This document shows positions 56,498-64,000 of a DNA stretch of 64,000 nucleotides, piece after piece. The DNA is taken from assembly GCA_902515155.1 (NCBI GenBank), contig CABXTT010000002.1, positions 14,409-78,408 of the forward strand, read 5' to 3'. Both the position numbers and the translations under genes were made by a program. Within the stretch, counting starts at the first letter, position 1. Each line of letters opens with the position of its first letter. The notes below the pieces were generated by a model that was given only the letters and a program-made list of their open reading frames with translations, made no database searches and was not told the DNA's origin. The stretch comes from an uncultured SAR86 cluster bacterium (lineage in GTDB: Bacteria > Pseudomonadota > Gammaproteobacteria > Magnimaribacterales > D2472).

Positions 56498-57638
56498 ATT
56501 ATCACAACTAGACATTAACAATAAAAACCTTGTTATTAGGGTAGACATGAATGTGCCCATCATAGATGGAAGGGTTGCTGATGATACAAGAATTCAAGCC
56601 TGTTTACCTACTATTAAAAAATCATTAAATAGCGGAGCAAAAATTTTACTAGTAAGTCATTTAGGAAGGCCTATTGAGGGCAGTTTTGACAATAACCTTT
56701 CTTTGAGACCTGTTGCTGATCACTTGTCAAAAATTCTAGATTTGAAAGTAGGATTAATCTCAGAACCTAGCAACTCATCAATATTCAATGGGTCCTCAGA
56801 TGTGCAAATGTTAGAAAATGTTAGATTTTTTGCTGGTGAAAAAGTTAATGATATTGAGCTAGGGAAGTCTCTTGGGTGTTTAGGTGACATATATGTTTTT
56901 GATGCATTTGGCACATCTCATAGAGAGCAAGCCTCAACTCATGCTGCAATAGTTTATGCTTCCATTGCATGTGCCGGTCTTTTGCTTGAAGAAGAAATAA
57001 AGTCATTAACTAAAGCATTAAATCAATCAAAAAATCCCTATACCGCTATTATTGGGGGAGCAAAAGTTTCAACGAAACTAGATCTCATTAAAAATATTAA
57101 TGCAAAAGCAGATCATGTTATTGTCGGTGGCGGCATTGCTAATACCTTTATAAAGGCTGCAGGCTATGAGGTTGGCCAATCTTTATATGAAGAATCTATG
57201 ATAGATACGGCAAAAGAGCTTCTAAAATCAAATAAAATTGTTTTACCTCAAACAGTTGTTACTGCTTTAAGCTTTGAGGGAGAAAGTATAAAAGAGAAAA
57301 ACATTAGTGATGTTGAACAAAAAGAAATGATCCTAGATCAATATATGGATGATGAAGTTATAGAAATCATCGCTAACTCTAATACAATATTATGGAACGG
57401 CCCTTTAGGAGTTTTTGAGAAGGAAGATTTCTCAAAAGGAACTTTAGAGCTTGCTAAAGTTATTGCGAATTCCAATGGCTTTTCAATTGCTGGAGGAGGT
57501 GAAACTCTTTCAGCTATAAACAAATTTATTAATAAAGATGATGTATCATATTGTTCAACCGGCGGAGGAGCTTTCCTAGAATTTATGGAAGGGAAGGAGC
57601 TACCATCGATAAAAGCTTTAGAAGATAAGAATCAATAA
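56490..57638 (+). CDS. pgk: Phosphoglycerate kinase
   Basis: 382-aa ORF with RVDMNVP, SHLGRP and STGGGAFLEF motifs. It has an 8-nt overlap with tkt. Confidence 0.97.
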   Translation: MNKLSQLDINNKNLVIRVDMNVPIIDGRVADDTRIQACLPTIKKSLNSGAKILLVSHLGRPIEGSFDNNLSLRPVADHLSKILDLKVGLISEPSNSSIFNGSSDVQMLENVRFFAGEKVNDIELGKSLGCLGDIYVFDAFGTSHREQASTHAAIVYASIACAGLLLEEEIKSLTKALNQSKNPYTAIIGGAKVSTKLDLIKNINAKADHVIVGGGIANTFIKAAGYEVGQSLYEESMIDTAKELLKSNKIVLPQTVVTALSFEGESIKEKNISDVEQKEMILDQYMDDEVIEIIANSNTILWNGPLGVFEKEDFSKGTLELAKVIANSNGFSIAGGGETLSAINKFINKDDVSYCSTGGGAFLEFMEGKELPSIKALEDKNQ

Positions 57639-57649
57639 AGGAGATTTCA

Positions 57650-58663
57650 ATGTCATTAAATAGTTTAGAAGAAATAGCTTCTTATATAGTATCTGAAGGA
57701 AAAGGAATCCTTGCTGCTGATGAGAGTAATCCAACTTGTGGTAAAAGGTTTGATTCTATCGGCGTTGAATCAAATGAAGATAATAGAAGGGACTATCGTG
57801 AGATGCTTTTTAGATCAAATGGTATGAAAGGTAATATTGGAGGAGTTATATTATTTGATGAAACCATAAGACAAAATGCAAAAGATGGCACTCCACTAAT
57901 TGATATTATCTCAGACCAAGGTGCCCTTCCTGGCATTAAAGTTGATAAAGGCCTTCAGCCAATTGGCGATTCTGAAGAAACAGTTACGGTTGGTCTTGAT
58001 GGTTTAGATGAAAGACTTAAAGAGTATGCCTCTATGGGAGCAAAATTCACAAAATGGAGAGCAGTGATTAAAATAGGCGATGGCATGCCAAGCGATGAAT
58101 GTATAGATGCAAATATGAAAGCCTTGGCTGATTACGCTAAATTAGTTCAAGATAATGGGATGGTTCCTATGGTGGAACCAGAAGTTTTAATGGATGGCGG
58201 TCACTCTGTTGATGACTGCTATAGTGCAACCGAAAGGTCATTAAAGTCTCTTTTTAAACATTTAATAGAAAATGATGTAAATATTAAAGGTACTATTTTA
58301 AAACCAAATATGATTACCTCTGGCTCAACCGCAACTGAACAAGCGAGTATAAATGAGGTTGCAAAAATGACAATCGACTGCCTACTCAACAATGTTCCAT
58401 CAAGCCTACCAGGAATTACTTTTCTATCTGGAGGTCAATCAGATATTCTTGCAACAGCTCATTTAAATGCAATGAATAAGCTTGATGGATTATTATGGAA
58501 AGTTAGTTTTTCATACGGCAGAGCTTTGCAAGCTTCAGCACTTAAAGCATGGATGGGTAAACCTGAAAATATATTTATTTCCCAAGATGCTTTATCTCAT
58601 AGGGCAAAGATGAACAAATTAGCATCTTTGGGTGAATGGGATGAAAGTCTAGAGGACGAGTAA
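57650..58663 (+). CDS. fba: Fructose-bisphosphate aldolase, class I (eukaryote/muscle type)
   Basis: 337-aa ORF. GKGILAADESNPTCGKRF ... NRRDYREMLF and the Schiff-base lysine context (ILKPNM) match classical class I aldolase. They do not match class II or the DhnA type. Confidence 0.9.
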   Translation: MSLNSLEEIASYIVSEGKGILAADESNPTCGKRFDSIGVESNEDNRRDYREMLFRSNGMKGNIGGVILFDETIRQNAKDGTPLIDIISDQGALPGIKVDKGLQPIGDSEETVTVGLDGLDERLKEYASMGAKFTKWRAVIKIGDGMPSDECIDANMKALADYAKLVQDNGMVPMVEPEVLMDGGHSVDDCYSATERSLKSLFKHLIENDVNIKGTILKPNMITSGSTATEQASINEVAKMTIDCLLNNVPSSLPGITFLSGGQSDILATAHLNAMNKLDGLLWKVSFSYGRALQASALKAWMGKPENIFISQDALSHRAKMNKLASLGEWDESLEDE

Positions 58664-58670
58664 TTTAAAA

Positions 58671-59255
58671 TTGAAAAATATATCTATTTTTTGTGGAGCT
58701 CATGAAGGAAATAATCCTGCTTATGCTGAAGAGGCAAAGAACATTGCTGAGATAATTGCTAAAAAAGGAATAAATGTTGTCTTTGGTGGTGGGAATGTCG
58801 GATTAATGAAGATAGTTTCGGATGTCGCCCTTGATAATGGCGTTAATGCAATAGGCATATCTTTAAGATCGCTTTATGAACTCGAAATGGTCAACCCAAG
58901 ACTTGATGAAATTGTTGTTGCAGAAAGCTTGCTTGATAGAAAAGATGTATTTATGAACAGATCAGATGCTTTTATTGTTCTTCCTGGCGGCGTTGGTTCT
59001 TTAGATGAACTTGCTGAAGTTATGGCTAGTAATCAACTCGGCATAATTAATAAACCAGTGGGTATTTTGAATACGGATGGTTATTACGATCATTTAATAG
59101 CATGGATGAAACAAGCTGTCGACGAAGGATTTATTTCAAAAGCAAACTTTGATGAACTAATTATTACAGATTCTTGTGAAGAGCTAGTTGAAAAAATTTT
59201 TACTGAAAAAAGACCATCTGATGATGATTGGACTAACAGGCTAGGCTTAAAGTAG
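58671..59255 (+). CDS. LOG family protein (TIGR00730; cytokinin riboside 5'-monophosphate phosphoribohydrolase-like)
   Basis: 194-aa ORF with a TTG start and motifs GGGNVGLM and PGGVGSLDE. Confidence 0.85.
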   Translation: MKNISIFCGAHEGNNPAYAEEAKNIAEIIAKKGINVVFGGGNVGLMKIVSDVALDNGVNAIGISLRSLYELEMVNPRLDEIVVAESLLDRKDVFMNRSDAFIVLPGGVGSLDELAEVMASNQLGIINKPVGILNTDGYYDHLIAWMKQAVDEGFISKANFDELIITDSCEELVEKIFTEKRPSDDDWTNRLGLK

Positions 59256-59292
59256 CTCCCTTTTAAACATTTATAAAAAGGTTTAGTCTATT

Positions 59293-59895
59293 GTGATGTC
59301 ATTTGAAGAAATTAGAATAATATGTATTGTATATGCATCAGTAATACTACCCTTAGTAATTTACTTTAAATACAAATCTGTGCTTCCTTTATGGGTTCCA
59401 AGTATTTATTTAGTTTCTTTTTTTGCTTGTGCTATTGGATGGGAAATTTGGTTCACTTATGGCTTGGTAGATGGAGTCCCGGTGGACCTCAGAAGAACGG
59501 ATGCATTAAATAATTGGCTTCCAAAAGATATCAATTGGTTAATGAATTCATTGGGTGATGCCGGTGCAGTAATGCTTGGCGGCCTATGGTTGATGTGGCG
59601 ATGGGCGAAAAAAGATTATAACGTGTTTAATAAATGGAGTTGGGATGCATTTTTTATCCTTATGATTTGGTGTATTGGACAAAATATTCTAGTAGAGATG
59701 TTTCTATACCATGATCAAATTTCTGAAGGCAAAAATCTTTCATGGGCACCACTTTCTCCACTTGGCCCATACCTTAATCCACTTCTCTTTGAGTTTAATA
59801 ACCGTACTCTTATGTTACAAACACAAATTCCCTGGTTAATTCTCCCAGCCATAATTTATGGAATTATAATTAAGATCAATAAGAAAGTTAGCTAG
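59293..59895 (+). CDS. Hypothetical Trp-rich integral membrane protein
   Basis: 200-aa ORF (probably ATG at 59296) with about 5 hydrophobic segments. I recognise no family. Confidence 0.5.
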   Translation: MMSFEEIRIICIVYASVILPLVIYFKYKSVLPLWVPSIYLVSFFACAIGWEIWFTYGLVDGVPVDLRRTDALNNWLPKDINWLMNSLGDAGAVMLGGLWLMWRWAKKDYNVFNKWSWDAFFILMIWCIGQNILVEMFLYHDQISEGKNLSWAPLSPLGPYLNPLLFEFNNRTLMLQTQIPWLILPAIIYGIIIKINKKVS

Positions 59896-59896
59896 T

Positions 59897-60598
59897 CTAT
59901 TTTTCTCTTGAGATTAATAAACCAACTTCAAAGAGTAACCACATAGGTAATGCTAGAAAAAGTTGAGAGAAGATGTCTGGAGGAGTGAGTAGCATTCCAA
60001 TAACAAAGAAAAGAATAATTAGATAGGGTCTAGCTTTAACCAAGGTTTCTTTTTGAACTATGCCAGCCCTAATTAATAAAAAAGTTGCGACTGGAATTTC
60101 AAAAGCAATACCGAAGGCAAAGATAAGTTTTATTATGAAGTTTAAGTATTCACTAATATCAGTCATAACCATTATTGACTCTGGAGCCACACCAATAAAA
60201 AATTTAAAAATTATTGGACAAACAACAAAGTATGCAAAAGCTACACCGGATGAAAATAACAATATTGTTGAAATCATTAATGGAGCAATAAATGATTTTT
60301 CATTCTTGTAGAGTCCAGGTGACATAAACATCCATATTTCATAAAAGAGATAAGGCATTGTTACTAATAGCGCAGAAAATAAAACTAATTTAAGTGGAGC
60401 CATGAAAGGTGAAGTTACCTGAGTTGCAATCATTGTGCTTCCTTGAGGTAATATATCTAAAAGTGGAGAAGCAACAAAAGCATATATTTCAGAAGCAAAT
60501 GGAATTCCTATCATTGAAAGGAGCCCCATAAAAATTAATATTCTGATGAGTCTTGTTCTAAGCTCTAATAAGTGACTCGATATAGATTCTCTATTCAT
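59897..60598 (-). CDS. tatC: Sec-independent protein translocase TatC
   Basis: 233-aa 6-TM ORF with the N-terminal HLLELRTRLIR and the TPPD motif. Confidence 0.95.
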   Translation of the reverse strand: MNRESISSHLLELRTRLIRILIFMGLLSMIGIPFASEIYAFVASPLLDILPQGSTMIATQVTSPFMAPLKLVLFSALLVTMPYLFYEIWMFMSPGLYKNEKSFIAPLMISTILLFSSGVAFAYFVVCPIIFKFFIGVAPESIMVMTDISEYLNFIIKLIFAFGIAFEIPVATFLLIRAGIVQKETLVKARPYLIILFFVIGMLLTPPDIFSQLFLALPMWLLFEVGLLISREK

Positions 60599-60839
60599 CC
60601 TTTTTAGCTTTTCCAGAAAGATCTAACTCTTCCATCCTCATTTCATTAAATACATCTTTTTTGATTTCATCTGCACCGATCTCAGATTCAATATCATTTT
60701 TAAAACCTGAAATTTGTTTTTGAATTTTTTTATAAAACTTTAAGCAAGTTTTTATAAGCTTAGGCAGCCTTGAAGGGCCAATAATTATTAATCCTAATAT
60801 AAGGATTATCGCAATTTCTAGAAAACCAATTTGAAACAA
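60591..60839 (-). CDS. tatB: Sec-independent protein translocase TatB
   Basis: 82-aa ORF with a TTG start. The N-terminal FQIGFLEIAIILILGLIIIGPSRLP is a TatA/B-type TM helix plus hinge. It lies between tatA and tatC. Confidence 0.8.
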   Translation of the reverse strand: MFQIGFLEIAIILILGLIIIGPSRLPKLIKTCLKFYKKIQKQISGFKNDIESEIGADEIKKDVFNEMRMEELDLSGKAKKDE

Positions 60840-60842
60840 TTG

Positions 60843-61013
60843 TTATTCGTTTTTATCTTCGTCTTTACTTTCTTCTTTAACAGCTTTCTTAAAACCTTTA
60901 AGACTTGCTCCTAAATCAGAGCCTAAAGATTTTAATTTACCGCTACCAAAGATTAAAAGAACAACAGCTAAAATTATCAGTAGCTGCCAAATGCTAATTC
61001 CACCAAAACCCAT
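60843..61013 (-). CDS. tatA: Sec-independent protein translocase TatA
   Basis: 56-aa ORF below the track cutoff: [56 protein letters not shown]. This is the canonical TatA layout. Confidence 0.88.
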   Translation of the reverse strand: MGFGGISIWQLLIILAVVLLIFGSGKLKSLGSDLGASLKGFKKAVKEESKDEDKNE

Positions 61014-61022
61014 AAGAATCTC

Positions 61023-62504
61023 CTATGATAGTATTACAAAAATACCCCACAAAACTATTATACCAATTCCAATAGCTCTTATGATGTATTTTTCTCTTTG
61101 AAATTGCATCTGCATCTTATTAATTTTTTCGTCATAAGATTTTCTATTTTTGGAGTACACTCTGAGCTCATCCAAAGCTTCGTAAATAAAGCCAGGCATC
61201 TCTGATGCTTTCATGAGCAGATCTTCTTTATTTTCAACAATAAATTCCTTCAATTTTAATGGACTAAATTGTTCCTTGAGCCAGTTATCAAGATATGGCT
61301 CAGCAATACCCCAAAAATCGAGCTCTGGATATATTTGCCTTCCCATTCCTTCAATATGAATCAAGGTTTTTTGAAGCAGGACTAAAGATGGTTGTAAGGA
61401 TAGCCCATAGGGCCTTGTACTTTGAAACAGATATAATAACAGTTTTCCAAATTCGATTTCAGATAATGGTTTTTCAAAGATGGGCTCACAACATGCTCTT
61501 AAGGTATTTTCCAAATCTATTATATTTGTATCTGGGTCAACCCATTCAGAGCTTATAAAAAGCTGTGCTAGAGATTTATAATTTTGTTTAAGAACAGCTT
61601 GTAACATTCTTGCAAGAATATATCTTTCATCATTTGATAGAGATCCAGTAATAGCACAGTCAATAGCAATATAACCGGGAGTATCTGGATGTTTTTTTGA
61701 AACAAAAATATTACCAGGGTGCATATCGGCATGAAAAAAATTATCTCTAAAAACCTGGTTAAGAAAAATCATTACTCCATTTTCAGCAAGTCTTTTTTTA
61801 TTGATACCAAATTTTTCAATTTGTTCTATATCCGTACATGGAATACCATCTATTTCTTCAAGAACCATGACCCTGCTTGTTGTCATATCCAGAAATACTT
61901 CTGGTATATATAACTCCTCAGAATTAGAAAAATTCTTTCTTGTTAGATTTGTATTAGCAGCTTCTAGTTTTAAATCTAACTCGCGCAATATAGTACTTTC
62001 ATAATCTTTAACCACTTCAACAGGTCTTAATCGATGACTTTCTGAATAAACATAGGTACAAAATTTTGCTGCTGCTTTAAGTAGTCTTAAATTCTTTTTA
62101 ACTTCTTTTTCAATTCCAGGCCTTAAAACTTTAATAACTATATGTTTGCCGTCTTTTAATTTTGCTAAATGAACCTGTGCGAGTGAAGCAGCCGCTAGCG
62201 GTTTATTATCAAAATCATCAAATATATTTTCTATAGAATCTCCAAGTTCCTGTTCAATGATCGCTCTTAATTTTTTTACAGAAAATGGCTGACAACTATC
62301 GGTTAGTCCCTGAAGATCCTTTGCTGTCCCAACATCCAAAATATCCGTTCTTGTAGACAAGAGTTGCCCAAACTTTATAAAGATAGGGCCTAGAGACTCT
62401 AGATACCCTGCAAGTTTTTTACCATCAGGCTTATAAAATATTCCAGACCTTGCTCCAAGGACAAACATTCTTATTCCCTCAAAGATTAAAATAATAATAT
62501 TCAT
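61023..62504 (-). CDS. ubiB: Ubiquinone biosynthesis protein kinase-like UbiB (ABC1 family)
   Basis: 493-aa ORF with ABC1/UbiB motifs (AAASLAQVH, FHADMHPGNIF) and C-terminal TM helices. It follows ubiE-ubiJ. Confidence 0.9.
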   Translation of the reverse strand: MNIIILIFEGIRMFVLGARSGIFYKPDGKKLAGYLESLGPIFIKFGQLLSTRTDILDVGTAKDLQGLTDSCQPFSVKKLRAIIEQELGDSIENIFDDFDNKPLAAASLAQVHLAKLKDGKHIVIKVLRPGIEKEVKKNLRLLKAAAKFCTYVYSESHRLRPVEVVKDYESTILRELDLKLEAANTNLTRKNFSNSEELYIPEVFLDMTTSRVMVLEEIDGIPCTDIEQIEKFGINKKRLAENGVMIFLNQVFRDNFFHADMHPGNIFVSKKHPDTPGYIAIDCAITGSLSNDERYILARMLQAVLKQNYKSLAQLFISSEWVDPDTNIIDLENTLRACCEPIFEKPLSEIEFGKLLLYLFQSTRPYGLSLQPSLVLLQKTLIHIEGMGRQIYPELDFWGIAEPYLDNWLKEQFSPLKLKEFIVENKEDLLMKASEMPGFIYEALDELRVYSKNRKSYDEKINKMQMQFQREKYIIRAIGIGIIVLWGIFVILS

Positions 62505-63004
62505 AAAATATTTGCAGCCTCTAGTCGATCTAGCCTTATAGAAAGATCTCTTAACTTTGATTGAATTTCATTATCCTTAATAGAGTTGGCCCCTTGCATG
62601 CTTGAAAGTTTTTCTTTTGCTAACAAAGCAATTGCAGCTGAGGTGTTTCCAAAATATCTATCAATTAGAAAAATAAAATCAAGGTCTGATTTAATAAGAG
62701 CATTCATAACTACTACAGCTAGCTCAATATCACCAAATAAAATATCTTTTTTTATTTTCCTTGTTATCAGTAATTGAAAGATTTCACTAACTGAAGACCG
62801 AATTTCAAAATCGATACTAGCTTTTTCTGTAAAAGAAATATCTTTAACATTATTATCTAAAGAAATGTAAATAGTCTTATGACCTTTTAGGTTAATACTA
62901 AAACTTATCGGATAAATTTCTTGAAGCTTACTTTTTGTATTAGGTGACGCTTCCTCAATATCACTTATTAAGCTCGATAAGGCTTTTATTATTTCATTTT
63001 TCAT
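62501..63004 (-). CDS. ubiJ: SCP2-domain ubiquinone accessory factor UbiJ-like
   Basis: About 167-aa ORF between ubiE and ubiB. ATG 63002-63004 gives an 11-nt overlap with the ubiE stop and a 4-nt overlap with ubiB. The call rests on position and size. Confidence 0.6.
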   Translation of the reverse strand: MKNEIIKALSSLISDIEEASPNTKSKLQEIYPISFSINLKGHKTIYISLDNNVKDISFTEKASIDFEIRSSVSEIFQLLITRKIKKDILFGDIELAVVVMNALIKSDLDFIFLIDRYFGNTSAAIALLAKEKLSSMQGANSIKDNEIQSKLRDLSIRLDRLEAANIL

Positions 63005-63740
63005 ATGCGACGTGAATACAAACGATACCATTTACTAGATTATAAAATTTACACTTACTAAACCCAGCATTCAATATCATATCTTTTAAGGATTCCTGAT
63101 CGGGATGCATCCTAATAGACTCTGCAAGATACTGATAGCTTTCAGAATCATTGGCAAGTATAGAGCCAAGCCTAGGTAAGATATTAAATGAATACCAGTC
63201 ATAAATTTTTGAAAATAAAGGATTAATGGGTTTTGAAAATTCCAAGACGAGTAAACGACCATTCTTTTTTAAGCAGCGCTTCATTTCTTTAAGCCCACCA
63301 TCCTTGTCTGTGAAATTTCTAAGACCAAAGCCTATTGTAATAATATCAAACGTCTCGTCCTCGAATGGAAGAATCTCTCCACTTAATTGGCAAAAATGAC
63401 AATTTGAGTAAAAGCTTTCATTTACAGCCCTATCTCTTCCTTCAATAAGCATGTCCATATTGATGTCAGTCATATATATTTCTGTTTCTGGATATTCTTG
63501 GGAAATCAATTTAGCAATATCACCAGTACCACTAGCGATATCTAAAATAGTATCTTTTTTTGAAACCCCTGCAAGCTCTACTAAAATCATTTTCCATAGT
63601 CTATGCATGCCCATGGACATTGCATCATTCATAATATCGTAGTTACCTGCAACAGAGGAAAAGACATTACCAACATGAACTTCTTTATCTTTTTTATCTA
63701 CCTCTTTATAGCCAAAATGAGTTTTCTTATTCATTTTCAT
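62994..63740 (-). CDS. ubiE: Demethylmenaquinone/ubiquinone C-methyltransferase UbiE
   Basis: 248-aa ORF with HFGYKEV, VFSSVAGNYDIMND and a SAM motif (ILDIASGTGD). Confidence 0.95.
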   Translation of the reverse strand: MKMNKKTHFGYKEVDKKDKEVHVGNVFSSVAGNYDIMNDAMSMGMHRLWKMILVELAGVSKKDTILDIASGTGDIAKLISQEYPETEIYMTDINMDMLIEGRDRAVNESFYSNCHFCQLSGEILPFEDETFDIITIGFGLRNFTDKDGGLKEMKRCLKKNGRLLVLEFSKPINPLFSKIYDWYSFNILPRLGSILANDSESYQYLAESIRMHPDQESLKDMILNAGFSKCKFYNLVNGIVCIHVAYEK

Positions 63741-64000
63741 TATTATCTCTAAAATTGATGAAATTATTGTATCTGCTTTCGCTTATTACTCCATCATTTA
63801 GTGCAGCTTTGACTGCGCATCCCTCATTGTTTATATGATTACAGTCATTGAATTTACAATCCTTAGAAATTAAAAATATCTCTGAAAAACCTCGTATGAT
63901 TTCTTCTTTGTCCCAGCCAGCAATAGGAAGATCTCTAACTCCAGGTGAGTCAATAATTTTTGTTCCTTTGTTTGTTTCATAAAGTGATGAAATAGAGGTT
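63727..64000 (-). CDS. rsgA: Ribosome small-subunit-dependent GTPase RsgA, C-terminal part (gene runs off the window end)
   Basis: The reverse strand reads ...IIDSPGVRDLPIAGWDKEEIIRGFSEIFLISKDCKFNDCNHINNEGCAVKAALNDGVISESRYNNFINF..., the RsgA zinc-finger C-terminus (CxFxDCxH...GC). The stop TAA at 63727-63729 overlaps the ubiE start. Confidence 0.8.
   Translation of the reverse strand, partial: TSISSLYETNKGTKIIDSPGVRDLPIAGWDKEEIIRGFSEIFLISKDCKFNDCNHINNEGCAVKAALNDGVISESRYNNFINFRDNNENE

Overview
This is an origin-proximal, almost entirely housekeeping chromosome segment from an AT-rich, very compact (streamlined) bacterium. Gene content and order point to a gammaproteobacterium. The lineage call, possibly a SAR86-like marine oligotroph, is inference only. 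Synteny follows the Pseudomonas-type layout. On the minus strand: atpA'-atpH-F-E-B-I, parB-parA-rsmG-mnmG, then mnmE-yidC-rnpA-rpmH. These diverge from dnaA-dnaN-recF-gyrB. Next come plsC, glyQS, lpxL, trkH-trkA-fmt-def, purE-tsaC-hemF-aroE, and a complete aa3 cytochrome oxidase assembly cluster (coxB-coxA-ctaG-coxC-SURF1-ctaA-ctaB-SCO1). After that: qor, gshA, pckA, dsbB, polA, engB, cytochrome c4-dsbA-pseudoazurin, lppL/lptM-lysA-dapF-yigA-xerC-yigB, metK-ahcY diverging from tkt-pgk-fba, and tatABC-ubiB-ubiJ-ubiE-rsgA'. I call about 73 protein genes. Three are below the ORF-track length cutoff (rpmH, tatA and a 34-aa lipoprotein) and two are cut by the window edges (atpA, rsgA). I saw no tRNA/rRNA, CRISPR, transposase, phage, toxin-antitoxin or defence genes. 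I do not find a convincing novel multi-gene system, so the window reads as ordinary core genome. The points most worth a second look are these. (1) parB is split by a frameshift inside T-homopolymers. (2) mnmE-yidC has a strand composition opposite to its same-strand neighbours. (3) Several locus-preserving substitutions or reductions stand out against the canonical gammaproteobacterial backbone: single-chain alpha2 GlyRS where glyQ/glyS normally sit, GyrB without the ~165-aa insertion, eukaryote-type class I aldolase in the pgk-fba slot, and rsmB and epd/gap missing. (4) A tightly packed engB / Coq4-like / Tat-exported PhoD-like phosphatase trio. (5) A pseudoazurin with a long N-terminal extension.
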